Shown one piece after another: positions 1-10,527 of a stretch of DNA of 64,000 nt. The notes under the pieces were generated by a model that saw only the letters and a program-made list of their open reading frames with translations, did no database searches and had not been told where the DNA came from. Source of the stretch: a virus; IMG/VR virus record IMGVR_UViG_3300034159_000051, positions 32,001-96,000 of that record; one strand, written 5' to 3'. Within the stretch, counting starts at the first letter, position 1; every line of letters begins with the position of its first letter. The position numbers and the translations under genes are program-made.

Positions 1-81
1 ATTTTAGCGACCGCAAATTAACCGGGCAGGTGCAGGTGACGGATCAATCTGGCAATATAACCGCCGCGGGCTTCTAAAAAC

Positions 82-1569
82 ATGGCAACCACAACGAATG
101 TCCCGGCCCCTGTGTTGGGCGAAAACGGCTGCGCGGTCCCCGCTGAAAGCGAAATCCTTGCTGGCGTTCAGTCTGACATCAACGCCTCTTTCGGTAGCAA
201 CTTAAACTTCACCACGACGTCTGGCGGCCGCACGAACCCGACGCCGCAGGGCCAACTCTCCAATTCGATGACGGCCATGCTTGGCTTTGTCAATGACATG
301 TACCTGTTTTTCTGCAATCAAACAGATCCGGCCTATGCGTCAGGGCGCTTTCAAGACGCCATCGGGCGCATCTATTACATCGATCGGATCAAGTCGGAGC
401 CGACCGTTCTCCAGGTCTCCTGCATCGGCCTACAGGACGTCCCGATCCCGGTAAATGCTACAGTCCGGGACCAATCCGGCAACATCTACAGATGCACGAC
501 GGCAGGCGTCATCCCGTCGACAGGGGCGATCACGCTCCCTTTTTCATGCACCGTTGACGGGCCGATCGCCACGCCGTCCGATATCGAGATTTATCAGTCC
601 ATCAGCGGATGGGATTCGGTGACGCTTATCTCAAGCGTCGTCGGGCAGGACGTCGAGAACCGCGCCAATTTCGAGACGCGCCGCTCCGAATCGACCGCGC
701 TGAATTCGCGCGCCATGATCCAGTCGATCCGCGCCGCGCTTCGGGCGCTTCCAGGCGTAATCGACGCTTACGCCTACGATAATGATTTGGCGACATCGGC
801 AACTATCCAAAATGTCACCATCCCGCCCCACTCGATTTATATCGCAGTCACGGGCGGGGACTCGGCGCAAATCGCGCAGACGATCTGGGCAAAAAAAGGC
901 CCCGGCGCGCCTTACTATGTCGGGAGCGGGACGACAGCCATCGAAATCCAGGACACCGATGGATACGTCCCTCCCTATCCGACCTACACGGTGTCGTACC
1001 AAGTCCCGAACGATCTGCAAATTCTGATCAAAGTCAATCTGCTCAATACGCAGTACGTTCCAGGGAACGCGGCAAGCCTTGTTCAGCAGGCCATCTTGGC
1101 GTCATTCTCCGGTGGAGACGGCGGACCGATTGCCGGGCGCATCGCCGGCGAGTTGTTGGCTAGCCGCTTCTACGCATCCATCGCCTCCGCGACGATCAAC
1201 GGCGAGATGAACCCTCACTATCTTTCATGGGCGCAAATCCTCTCGATCAAGATCGGGTCGCCGAACTCGGCCGCAGCCTCTTTCACCGGCTCAATCGGCG
1301 CGTCGACCCTGACAGTCACAAGCGTTGCGGATGGAACGCTGGCCGTCGGGCAGACCCTGTTTTCCGCAACGGGCGGCGTTATCGCAGGAACGACCATTAC
1401 AGCCCTTGTGAGTGGCTCTGGAGGCACCGGAACCTATACGGTATCGGCGGCGCAAACAGTCGCCTTGAGGGCTATGACGGGCGTTGTGGCGACCCTTGAC
1501 GCGATTGTGCCGAACCTCGATCAAATCCCGACAACATCGGCGCCGCTCATAAGCGTCGCGCTGGCTTAA
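82..1569 (+). CDS. Baseplate J-like (Mu gp47-type) wedge protein
   Basis: 495-aa ORF with [23 protein letters not shown] and 'SIRAAL..LPGV.D' motifs typical of baseplate J proteins; followed by DUF2612-like and tail fibre genes. Confidence 0.85.
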   Translation: MATTTNVPAPVLGENGCAVPAESEILAGVQSDINASFGSNLNFTTTSGGRTNPTPQGQLSNSMTAMLGFVNDMYLFFCNQTDPAYASGRFQDAIGRIYYIDRIKSEPTVLQVSCIGLQDVPIPVNATVRDQSGNIYRCTTAGVIPSTGAITLPFSCTVDGPIATPSDIEIYQSISGWDSVTLISSVVGQDVENRANFETRRSESTALNSRAMIQSIRAALRALPGVIDAYAYDNDLATSATIQNVTIPPHSIYIAVTGGDSAQIAQTIWAKKGPGAPYYVGSGTTAIEIQDTDGYVPPYPTYTVSYQVPNDLQILIKVNLLNTQYVPGNAASLVQQAILASFSGGDGGPIAGRIAGELLASRFYASIASATINGEMNPHYLSWAQILSIKIGSPNSAAASFTGSIGASTLTVTSVADGTLAVGQTLFSATGGVIAGTTITALVSGSGGTGTYTVSAAQTVALRAMTGVVATLDAIVPNLDQIPTTSAPLISVALA

Positions 1570-1586
1570 GGGATTAGAAAAAAAAG

Positions 1587-2477
1587 ATGACAGGATTCTC
1601 CCCGATCTCCACGTCTCCTGTTGGAGACCCATTCCTTTCCACATTCACACCAAACGCTTCGTCGGAAAAAACCAGCGGTCCGGATTACCCATTTCCGGGC
1701 GGGCCTGGATCAAACGGGGTTGGGTTGGCCGCGATCGGCGTTGCTCCGACCGGCGACATCTCGCTTTTCGCCTTTTGGGATACGGTTTGCTCCCAATACG
1801 CCAACGCTCCGATTATGATGGGGATTTTGCAGCGCTTCCGCGAAGCGGTGGACCCTACAGAGCGGTTCGATGTGTGGTTTGACGATGTCTGGAACATCCA
1901 GACGGCGAAAGATGTCGGACTCGACATATGGGGCCGCATAGTCGGCGTCAACCGCTGCCTAAAGGTGGCGATCCCTTCATATTTCGGCTTTGCCGAGGCG
2001 CTTCCTTCGTCTCTGACCTGGAACACGGGGGAATCCCCATCGAACACGGGGGAATCCCTCTTTCAGTATGGCGGCTCCTTCTACGCAGGCGGGAATCTGA
2101 CTGAGAATTATCGCCTGGAGACGGAAAGCTACAGGCGCTTGATCTTGGCCAAAGCCGCGCAGAACATCACGAACTGCTCGATCCCGCATATCAATCAAAT
2201 CCTGCTGCGCCTGTTCCCAAACCGCGGGAACGCCTACGTTACGGACGGGTATAAAAGCGATCGATATTTTGGCTTCGCCGAATCGCGAAACGCCCTGACG
2301 TTCGGAGAAGGCGTCTTTTATAATGGGCAAAGCGTCCCGACCATGATCATGAGTTATGTTTTTGAGTTTCCTCTGACATCTGTCGAATTGGCTATCGTTA
2401 CGCAGTCCGGCGTGCTCCCGAGGCCGACCGGCGTCCATGCATCCGTCATCGTTAACGGCGTCACGGTCCTGCCCTGA
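1587..2477 (+). CDS. DUF2612 family baseplate protein
   Basis: SQYANAP, WNIQTAKDVGLDIWGRIVGVNR, YRRLILAKA and LPRPTGV motifs; position after baseplate J. Confidence 0.8.
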   Translation: MTGFSPISTSPVGDPFLSTFTPNASSEKTSGPDYPFPGGPGSNGVGLAAIGVAPTGDISLFAFWDTVCSQYANAPIMMGILQRFREAVDPTERFDVWFDDVWNIQTAKDVGLDIWGRIVGVNRCLKVAIPSYFGFAEALPSSLTWNTGESPSNTGESLFQYGGSFYAGGNLTENYRLETESYRRLILAKAAQNITNCSIPHINQILLRLFPNRGNAYVTDGYKSDRYFGFAESRNALTFGEGVFYNGQSVPTMIMSYVFEFPLTSVELAIVTQSGVLPRPTGVHASVIVNGVTVLP

Positions 2478-2506
2478 CGCGCAGCCGAAATCGCCTTCAC
2501 CAAAAC

Positions 2507-2530
2507 ACCGCCGCTTCGGCGGTTTTTTTT
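2507..2530 (+). terminator. Intrinsic terminator
   Basis: ACCGCCG-CTT-CGGCGGT followed by a T run. Confidence 0.7.
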
Positions 2531-2551
2531 ACGCCCAAAGGTGGACATCCT

Positions 2552-3778
2552 ATGAAGCTTTCTGCCGTTCCCTACAAAATCCCCGTGGTTTGGGCGCAAA
2601 ATGCGGGAGTTGGTTATATCACCAATCCTATTCCGCAAACATCGCAAATCGGCGTTGTCGCGGGTCGGGCTTCCTGGCCGGATGGTTTCGTGCCCGCCAG
2701 CTTTGTTCCGACTGGATCAGGCGGGACGCCTCCCTGGGGGCAGGATTTCAACGGCGTCCTCAACATCGTTACAGCGTGGTCGCGATGGTATAATGCGGGC
2801 GGAACAGTTCTTTATGACCTTTCCTTTTCGAACACTATCGGCGGGTATCCGCGCGGCGCGATCTTGGGGTCCGCAGTAGCTGGTCAGCTTTGGCTCAACA
2901 CGATCGACGATAATACAACAAATCCCGACGCAGTTGGCGCGGTCGGCTGGATCGCCATCATCACCCAGGCCGCCGTCAAGCCGTCAGCCGTCATTGATTT
3001 TTACGTGAACGGCGCCATCGGAAACGACGCCAACGACGGATTGGCGAACACAGTAGGCCATGCCTTTGCGACCCTTCAGGGAGCCGTCAATTCGATCACA
3101 TCGAAATACATCGCGCTATATCAGGCTGTGCTCCATGTGTCCGACGGAACCTATGCTGGCGTCAGCATCGGGCCGTCCGCGGTCGCAAATTGGTCTCTCG
3201 TGGGAAACACGGCGATACCCTCCAGCTGCCTCATCTCCGCGACCAATACCTCCAATAATAAAGGCAGAGCCGTCTATGTAAGCGGGGGGTCCGCCAGCGT
3301 CGCGCTCGATGGATTCATATACCAATCTTATTTTGAGAACGTCGTGTCCAACGGGGCTCTTGTCACGTTTTCCGGTTCGTGCGGGTTCAACGCGCCGACA
3401 AGCGCCTTTATTGGTCTTGGCGCTTATTACGGTGGACGCATCGTTCTTTGCGGATCGCACACCTATACCGGCGCATTCTCAAGCTTCATCTTCGCGTCAA
3501 ATAGCGCTTTGATTTTGGTTGGAGACTCCGACGGCATTACAAATCGACCTCTAACATTGACGGCTTCCGGAACGCCGTCATTCTCCGGCGCTTTTGCGGG
3601 TTGCACAGCAGGCGGCTCATTGAGGTTCTATCCAGGTCTTGTGACTTTCGCCGGGTCAGCGACCGGGCCACGCTATGCAGCCACGCTAAATGGGACGATC
3701 GACACCAATGGCGCCGGCGCGAGCTTCCTGCCGGGAACTCTGGGCGGAGGGACTTCGACAGGCGGGCAATATTACTAA
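2552..3778 (+). CDS. Tail fibre protein
   Basis: N-terminal GRASWPDGF..GGTPPWGQDFNG..IGGYPRGA baseplate-anchor module; G/S/T-rich C-terminus. Confidence 0.8.
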   Translation: MKLSAVPYKIPVVWAQNAGVGYITNPIPQTSQIGVVAGRASWPDGFVPASFVPTGSGGTPPWGQDFNGVLNIVTAWSRWYNAGGTVLYDLSFSNTIGGYPRGAILGSAVAGQLWLNTIDDNTTNPDAVGAVGWIAIITQAAVKPSAVIDFYVNGAIGNDANDGLANTVGHAFATLQGAVNSITSKYIALYQAVLHVSDGTYAGVSIGPSAVANWSLVGNTAIPSSCLISATNTSNNKGRAVYVSGGSASVALDGFIYQSYFENVVSNGALVTFSGSCGFNAPTSAFIGLGAYYGGRIVLCGSHTYTGAFSSFIFASNSALILVGDSDGITNRPLTLTASGTPSFSGAFAGCTAGGSLRFYPGLVTFAGSATGPRYAATLNGTIDTNGAGASFLPGTLGGGTSTGGQYY

Positions 3779-3798
3779 TACGGAGTTCTGATTGAATC

Positions 3799-5817
3799 AT
3801 GGGAAACTCCCCGAACTGGTCTTATAAATACGTCCCAACTACAGCCGAGTGGAACTTCTGGTTTGGCGCAAAGCAGGATGATTTGTCGTTATCTGCGGCG
3901 TCCAGGATTGCGCTTGTCGCAGGCGCCGGACTTCCAAACGGGTTCGCCAAGCTGGATGCTGGCGGGCTCCTGCCACAAGAGGTCTTGCCGGCGAACGCTG
4001 GCAACGTGCTGTTGTCTGGTACGCCATCAGGCGGTCAAATCGCGGAGTGGGTGGATGGAACGCATATCCAGGGGTCGGCGACAACTGGAACTGGCGGCAT
4101 CGTGCGCGCTGCAGCTCCAACGCTTTCGAATCCGATCGTCGGAACCCAGCCTCTTGCAGACAACTCGACCAAAGCGGCGTCAACCGCGTATGTCGAGATG
4201 GCGCTTGCCAGCGTCAAGGCATACGGGGCGAAGGGCGATGGCGTAGACGTGACATCCTCCGTATCCATTGCGAGCGGAGATGCGGCTTTGACTGTGTCTG
4301 GAGCGTCTTTTGCATCAGCGGACGTTGGCAAGGTTATTGCCGTGCCGGGGGCTGGAACAGCCGGGGCGACGCTATGGAGCACAATTTCCGCCAGGACGTC
4401 ATCAACACAAGTCACCCTTGCGAATGCAGCGTCAACCACGCTTTCCGTCGTATCTAAAACGGTGTCCTATGGGACGGATGACACGGCGGGAATTCAAGCT
4501 GCTGTTAACCACGCCGTTTCTAATTCTCACGGGCTATATGTTCCGGCCGGCATCTACTTTGTATCTAATATAACGCTTCCGCACGACACGAGACAGGATT
4601 CAGGATTAAAGGAGCATCTTGTCCCAGCCATCAATTTCGAATCCGGGGCGGCGTGGCGAAAGACAAATGGCGGGGTTCCGAACTATCTTTTAGCGTCCGG
4701 AAGATGGGCGGACAATACAGGGTATTCGAACTCTCCAATAATTATTCGGAATGGCGTTTTTGACGGGTTCGGAATCGCCTATTCTTGCTATGAAGATATT
4801 TCCTACTGGTCAACATACGAAAAGTGCGTGTTCAAGAACGCCGTTTATCACGGCTATCATGCGCCACAGACGACAATGAATGTGAGCACGCCAACAACAT
4901 CTCGTTCGAACACAATTCTTAATCGATGCATGTTTCATGATAATGGATATAATGGAATATATGTTGATCCTGGTGCAGTAGCAGTTGCGGACTTCTGGTT
5001 CATTGACAATATAGCGTATAACAACAAGCGCGAAAATGTAAATATTCTCCAAAGCGCCGGATGGGTTATTAAGGGGAATCATTGCTACTACACGGTAGCT
5101 CCATCCTCTGGAACAGCAAGCGCCATTGTGCAAGGCGACTATAGTGCTCCGTTTAGTGGGAATATCTGGGAAGGGTATTCAACGACGCATTACGGGTTGC
5201 GTTTGGTTAATTCAGGGACGCACGTCACACTGGAGGGAGACAGCTTCGAGGTTGGGCTTGGGCTTGATTGCACTTTCATAGGATCGGAAGCCACGACGCG
5301 TGTTCTTGGGTGCTCATTTCATGGTTCCTCTACTCTGAACCACGGCACAAACAACGCGACGACAGAGGTTCGCTCTATCGGAAATGTCTTCGAAGCTTCG
5401 GCGCCTTACACCTGGAGCGGCGGAGGCGCTGGCGTGATTAACGCCATCGGCGACACGATCAACGGGAACCGATTCATCATCGAGGGAACTCAGACGTCTG
5501 GATCTGTCACAGGGCGCGCGATACGCGGCATAACCTACCCAGGTGCTTTTCCATATTCGGTCACTAGCGCGACAAAGGATGTTATCCGCTGCACGGCTGC
5601 GCTCGCCGCCGATATCACTATAACATTCCCAGCGTCCCCACTGACAGGGCTTCGCTACCGGGTCATCAGGACCGCGACGGCGACCGGAGCCTACAATATC
5701 CTTTTGAAAAATTCAGGCGGGACAACCGTCGGGACCATGTCAACGGCTGCAAAATTTTTCGACATGGAATTTGACGGGACGGCCTGGATTATCACGGCGG
5801 CAGGCGACGCCGCCTAG
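3799..5817 (+). CDS. Tail spike / depolymerase with parallel beta-helix (pectate lyase-like)
   Basis: SVKAYGAKGDG and GTDDTAGIQAAVN motifs; N/G-rich beta-helix repeats; lower GC in the central part. Confidence 0.75.
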   Translation: MGNSPNWSYKYVPTTAEWNFWFGAKQDDLSLSAASRIALVAGAGLPNGFAKLDAGGLLPQEVLPANAGNVLLSGTPSGGQIAEWVDGTHIQGSATTGTGGIVRAAAPTLSNPIVGTQPLADNSTKAASTAYVEMALASVKAYGAKGDGVDVTSSVSIASGDAALTVSGASFASADVGKVIAVPGAGTAGATLWSTISARTSSTQVTLANAASTTLSVVSKTVSYGTDDTAGIQAAVNHAVSNSHGLYVPAGIYFVSNITLPHDTRQDSGLKEHLVPAINFESGAAWRKTNGGVPNYLLASGRWADNTGYSNSPIIIRNGVFDGFGIAYSCYEDISYWSTYEKCVFKNAVYHGYHAPQTTMNVSTPTTSRSNTILNRCMFHDNGYNGIYVDPGAVAVADFWFIDNIAYNNKRENVNILQSAGWVIKGNHCYYTVAPSSGTASAIVQGDYSAPFSGNIWEGYSTTHYGLRLVNSGTHVTLEGDSFEVGLGLDCTFIGSEATTRVLGCSFHGSSTLNHGTNNATTEVRSIGNVFEASAPYTWSGGGAGVINAIGDTINGNRFIIEGTQTSGSVTGRAIRGITYPGAFPYSVTSATKDVIRCTAALAADITITFPASPLTGLRYRVIRTATATGAYNILLKNSGGTTVGTMSTAAKFFDMEFDGTAWIITAAGDAA

Positions 5818-5840
5818 CAGCCACGGAGTCTAATTGAGCT

Positions 5841-6254
5841 ATGGGAAACTCCCCAAACTGGTCCTACAAGTACGTCCCGACCACAGCCGAGTGGAATTTT
5901 TGGTTCTCCCAGAAGCAGGATGATCTTGGGCTGTCGCTGCAAACCCGAATCCTTTTGCAGGCCGGGCTGAATACGGCCAACGGCATTGCGACGCTTGATG
6001 GAAATGGAAAGATTCCATTCGCGCAGCTCCCTATTGTCAAAGGGACTTTTACGCTTGCGGCAAACGAGACGACGACGACGGTCATCGTCACCGGAACCGA
6101 CTTCACAAGCACGGCTTTTTGGAGCCCTATAACGGAAAATGCAGCGGCGCAAATGTCGCTGCTTCGCGGGTCTTGCGCCATGAATTCGTTGAACCTGACG
6201 CACGGAGACAACCCGAACACCGACCAAACATTTTCCTATTTCGTGGTCCTTTAA
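5841..6254 (+). CDS. Small tail-associated protein sharing its N-terminus with 3799-5817
   Basis: Identical first 22 aa, MGNSPNWSYKYVPTTAEWNFWF. Confidence 0.7.
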   Translation: MGNSPNWSYKYVPTTAEWNFWFSQKQDDLGLSLQTRILLQAGLNTANGIATLDGNGKIPFAQLPIVKGTFTLAANETTTTVIVTGTDFTSTAFWSPITENAAAQMSLLRGSCAMNSLNLTHGDNPNTDQTFSYFVVL

Positions 6255-6275
6255 TTTCTCTCCAGGAGAAGACGG

Positions 6276-7799
6276 ATGACTTTTTTGCGTCTTGCGGCGG
6301 CGATCGTCGCGCTTTTTGCGTCGTTCTCGCTTGCCTTCGCGGCGGCATCGAAGGTCTCGACAAACGACGGCACATGGAAGAGCCCCGGCGCGATCCCGAT
6401 CACATGGTACGGGGCGATCGGAGATGACGCTTCGGACAATTGCACGGCGCTTACCGCTGCGGTCGCGTCCGGCGCGAAGGCGCTTTTGATCCCGCCCGGA
6501 ATTTTTAGGACGTCTTGCGCCATAACGCCCGCCGCCGGCCAACAGATTACGGGGACCGCAAAGAGGCAGTCCATCATCAAAATTGGGTTCAGCGGCAATC
6601 TCTTTGTTGTAAGCAACGTCGATGTCGTTCTAAGTAATTTCAGTATAACATCAGCAACCCCAAGGACAAGCGGTTGCTATATCTATGCAACAAACAATGT
6701 AATGGTCAGCGATATAGTTGCGGACAATTATTATTGCTTCGCTGACAACGAAGGGGCGAGTTCAGTCGCTCGGATCAACACTAAATATTCTAATATTCAC
6801 ACCTTTAGTCCGACCACTACGGCGACGTCGGCGGGCGGATGGTGCATCAAGTGGCAGAACTACACCTCGGTCTACGCATCCAATATTCTTTGCAGCGGAT
6901 ATGCAGGCGTCGCACAGCCATCGTATGGGTTGATCATCGCGGACGGCGATACGTTCATTGGAACAGGTCTGCATATTGTTGGGCACGGCTTGAACCTTCG
7001 AATCTCCCCAACGGCAGGAAATTTCGCCGGGGCGGTTCAAATCGCGAATTCGCTGTTTGATAGCGCTTACACGACGGCAAATGTTGCGATCGATCCTCCA
7101 TCTACGGCAAATGTCGTTGGGACTATGTTCGCGAACGTCGAAATTGGAAACTCGACGGGAACGGGCAACCACGGCCTTATTCTGGATGGCTCCGCCGGGA
7201 CGGTCGATGGTTTCGCCTGCTCAAATTGTCGCTTCGAACACAACACCGGCAGCGGCGCTTATCTGATCGGGGCGAATGCGAAGAATATCCACATCAACGG
7301 CGGATGGAGCGCAGGAAACACCCTGGCCGGAATCAGCGTCGGCAGCGTTTCAAACGCGACCATCAGCGGATTGAAAATCGGACCGGCTGGCGGATGGGGC
7401 GGAAACGGCAACGGCGGCATCGACATCTTAGGCGGCACGACGCCAGTGAACCTTGTCATAGCCGGGAATGTCGTGACGGGGAACACAAACTACCAGATTG
7501 GGAATTTCAGCTCGACGACAACCACAAAAATCAGCGGCAACTCGGGATACAACCCTGTCGGCGTAACGGCCGCCGCGACGACCTGCGCCAGTCCCTGCAC
7601 GGTCACAAACGGCCCAAGCCCATCGACCTATTATTTCAGGCAGTCTGCGACGAACACGGCGACAATCACGCAGGGAGGCCAGCAGACGGCCGCGCTCGCA
7701 AACGCCTCGACTTACTATCCTATTGAGCTGGGGCCAAACGAAAGCGTCGTCGTGACGTGGGCGACCACGGCCCCGACTTATACGATCTGCACGCATTAA
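6276..7799 (+). CDS. Beta-helix (pectate lyase 3-like) protein with signal peptide
   Basis: AGGAG RBS; hydrophobic N-terminus ending AFAA; WYGAIGDDASDN..LLIPPG motif. Confidence 0.7.
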   Translation: MTFLRLAAAIVALFASFSLAFAAASKVSTNDGTWKSPGAIPITWYGAIGDDASDNCTALTAAVASGAKALLIPPGIFRTSCAITPAAGQQITGTAKRQSIIKIGFSGNLFVVSNVDVVLSNFSITSATPRTSGCYIYATNNVMVSDIVADNYYCFADNEGASSVARINTKYSNIHTFSPTTTATSAGGWCIKWQNYTSVYASNILCSGYAGVAQPSYGLIIADGDTFIGTGLHIVGHGLNLRISPTAGNFAGAVQIANSLFDSAYTTANVAIDPPSTANVVGTMFANVEIGNSTGTGNHGLILDGSAGTVDGFACSNCRFEHNTGSGAYLIGANAKNIHINGGWSAGNTLAGISVGSVSNATISGLKIGPAGGWGGNGNGGIDILGGTTPVNLVIAGNVVTGNTNYQIGNFSSTTTTKISGNSGYNPVGVTAAATTCASPCTVTNGPSPSTYYFRQSATNTATITQGGQQTAALANASTYYPIELGPNESVVVTWATTAPTYTICTH

Positions 7800-7825
7800 G
7801 CCATTGCAATGGCGGAGACTTCGCT

Positions 7826-9070
7826 ATGGAATTGACCCCATCCCAAAAGCTCCTTTGCGAGCGGATCATCAATGTCTTTGAGACCAGCAGCATTCATGGA
7901 GACTACGGGAATATCAGCATCTTTCGAGATGGCCCTGGCCGGATACGGCAGATCACGTTTGGTCGCTCACAGACAACGGAATATGGCAATCTTCGCGAGC
8001 TTGTCTCGATGTATGTGGAGGCGGGCGGCGTCTATTCCGAGCGCTTGCGCCCATTTGTTTCTCTGATCGGACGACAGGCGCTTGTCAATAACGTGGCGTT
8101 CAAAGACCTCTTGAAGCGGGCCGGGCGCGGCGACCCGATCATGGAGACGACGCAGGACGCTTTCTTCGATAAGCGCTATTTCCAGCCCGCGCTCAAGTGG
8201 GCGCAGGATCACGGGTTCTCGCGGGCGCTTTCGGTGCTCGTGATCTATGACAGCTTCATTCACTCGGGCGGGATACTCGACTTGCTCCGCGCCCGGTTTT
8301 CGGAGCGGCCTCCCAGCAAAGGCGGCAGGGAGGAAGTCTGGATCCGCCAGTATGTCGAGGCTCGCAACGATTGGCTGCGCACGCACTCGAATAGAATTCT
8401 CCGCCCAACCGTTTATCGGACGCAATGCTTTTTGCGCGAGATCAAGCGCGAGAATTGGGATTTGGCTCAACTCCCGATCGTCGCTCATGGCGTTTCTGTC
8501 GACGATAAGCCCCTTGCGCAATCGAGTTCCGCTCCCGTTGCGTTCTTGTCCGACTACGCCGATGCATCCCTGTTTTCGAGTATCATCTTCAAAATCAAGG
8601 AGATCGCCATGTTTTGGCAAGCGGTTCTCATCAACCTTATCCCCAACTTAGCCAGTAAGGTCATCAACATGGCGAGCGATGCTTTTGCGACTGAAACAGC
8701 GCCAGCCCCCGCCAAGGCGGAGGCAAAGGTGGAAACACGAGCGGCCACGGCCGGCGTCAACCTCAGCAAGACGACGGTCGCGACGGGTCTAGCCGGGACG
8801 ATCTTTGGAACCGTCATCGCCATAGCGTCGCCTTTTTTGATCGCGCTCGATCCGAGCGCGCAGCATGTCATCAGCGGCGTCTTCACCGGCTTGGCGGGCC
8901 TCGGAGCCGTCATCGCGTCTGTTTGGCAACTGTTCCACCTGAATGCGACCACATCGGACAATACGCTGTCGATGATCAACAGCGCAACGGAGGCGGCGAA
9001 GCAGCTAGCTGATATTGTCAGCAAGCCAGGGGCTCAACCATCGGACCCTACCCACGCGGCGAGCGCATGA
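7826..9070 (+). CDS. Chitosanase-like (GH46, lysozyme-fold) endolysin with membrane C-terminal part
   Basis: IINVFET, DGPG..QITFGRSQTTEYGNL, QDAFFDKRYFQPA and YDSFIHSG motifs; two hydrophobic helices near the C-terminus; start taken at ATG 7826 after GGAG. Confidence 0.75.
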   Translation: MELTPSQKLLCERIINVFETSSIHGDYGNISIFRDGPGRIRQITFGRSQTTEYGNLRELVSMYVEAGGVYSERLRPFVSLIGRQALVNNVAFKDLLKRAGRGDPIMETTQDAFFDKRYFQPALKWAQDHGFSRALSVLVIYDSFIHSGGILDLLRARFSERPPSKGGREEVWIRQYVEARNDWLRTHSNRILRPTVYRTQCFLREIKRENWDLAQLPIVAHGVSVDDKPLAQSSSAPVAFLSDYADASLFSSIIFKIKEIAMFWQAVLINLIPNLASKVINMASDAFATETAPAPAKAEAKVETRAATAGVNLSKTTVATGLAGTIFGTVIAIASPFLIALDPSAQHVISGVFTGLAGLGAVIASVWQLFHLNATTSDNTLSMINSATEAAKQLADIVSKPGAQPSDPTHAASA

Positions 9071-9435
9071 GCAGCCGCGAATATCACGAACTAAAACACG
9101 AGCTTGTCCGTTTAAAACAAGACCTTCACCACCTGAACCAGGAGATAAAACGCATGAAGCTTGACCTCGACAAAATCAGGGCGGCCGCCGCGAAACTCGT
9201 ATTGGACGTCGATAAGCTCCGCGTCGATGTCCCCGCTGCGATTCTGGCGGCGGCGGCAGGCGCAGACGATGCGGCAAATCAGGCCGCTATCGACGGCATC
9301 GCCTTGGCGCTCACAGGCGTCTCGGAATCTCTAACGGCGCTTGACACAAGCATCCATCCGGCGCCAGCCGAGGAGCCAGTTCCTCCTGTCGAAGCTCCTC
9401 CCGCCGAAGCTCCTGCGGAGCCGGCCGCGGCCTAG
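9067..9435 (+). CDS. Coiled-coil protein of the lysis region
   Basis: ATGA overlap with the upstream gene; heptad pattern; P/A/E-rich tail. Confidence 0.55.
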   Translation: MSSREYHELKHELVRLKQDLHHLNQEIKRMKLDLDKIRAAAAKLVLDVDKLRVDVPAAILAAAAGADDAANQAAIDGIALALTGVSESLTALDTSIHPAPAEEPVPPVEAPPAEAPAEPAAA

Positions 9436-9688
9436 AACCTATCGGATTTCCGGGGAAGCTTGGCTTTCCCGGTTGTCTCCGTTATCGAGTATCCGGTTCA
9501 TGCGCCGCCTCGCGGAAAGAAGCGTGACCTTAAGGCCAATGTCATTTGGATTGCTTGTTAGTGCAGACTCAATCGCAGTAACCTTGGCGCAGGCTGCATT
9601 ACGTTCATCCACCAAACCTTCCATCTATAATTTTTTCCTAGAGCAGCCTATCTGGGAATGCCGGGGAGCTTAGGCTCTTCCGGTTGTT

Positions 9689-10327
9689 TTGCGTTTCACG
9701 CAACCCAAAACCGAAACGACCCAAATGGAAACCCAAACCACAAGCAACGAGGCCACGCGCTCTAACACGCGGCCCCGTCTAGCCGCAGCAGAGGAGACTG
9801 CCTTGGCGTCCCAGCATATGAATGGAGTTTACAACGAAAGCGGAGGCGATGCTATTCCGTCGTCAGATCAAAGTTTATGGAAAGTCATAAGGGCGGAATG
9901 GCGCGTGATCGGAATGGTGCTCAGTCCGTTTGCTCTAGCCCTCGCGGTCTACTTTGTCCCGGCGACACAAGGCGGGCTTGATGGCGTCCGCACCGAAGCC
10001 GCGGCGAAACTCGAACTCACAAAGACCGATATCGGCGGCCAGCTAAATCAGGTAAAGACCGAACTCAATGGTCAGATAGCCGTCATTACAACTCGCATCA
10101 ACGGGCTGCAGGAAACCTTAACTCACACCCAATCCGGCGTCGATGAACTCCTCCGCCGATCGGCCCCACCTCCCCGCCAATACGATTCTCCCCAGATCGC
10201 GGCGTCTTCGTCCGCCCCTCCCCAAGATAATCCCCCCCAAGAAGCTCGCAGAGCTACGAAAAAGAAGCCGATCGCGGCCAAGCCGCAACCGCAGCCGCAG
10301 CCGACCGGATTCCTCTTTTTCAGATAA
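9689..10327 (+). CDS. Single-TM coiled-coil protein (holin- or spanin-like, uncertain)
   Basis: One hydrophobic helix followed by a coiled coil, inside the lysis cassette; start uncertain. Confidence 0.45.
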   Translation: MRFTQPKTETTQMETQTTSNEATRSNTRPRLAAAEETALASQHMNGVYNESGGDAIPSSDQSLWKVIRAEWRVIGMVLSPFALALAVYFVPATQGGLDGVRTEAAAKLELTKTDIGGQLNQVKTELNGQIAVITTRINGLQETLTHTQSGVDELLRRSAPPPRQYDSPQIAASSSAPPQDNPPQEARRATKKKPIAAKPQPQPQPTGFLFFR

Positions 10328-10527
10328 GCGTTTATGAGTTTTATTCCGGCCAACGAAGAGGATAATGCAACCATCCATTTGTCGCCTCTGAGCAACAGCG
10401 CACACAGGATTCGTCCTAAGAAATCACTTTTTGTTTCGAATATCGGGACAAATCGCGCTAGGGCGTAGTCCCCCGTGTGTTGTGTTTGTTGCGTCTGCGT
10501 TGATCCATTCAACAAAGGACTCAACCT

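Noticed and set aside
3781-5930. Diversity-generating retroelement TR/VR pair
   Set aside because: Differences are synonymous and not adenine-specific, lie at N-termini, and no reverse transcriptase is present
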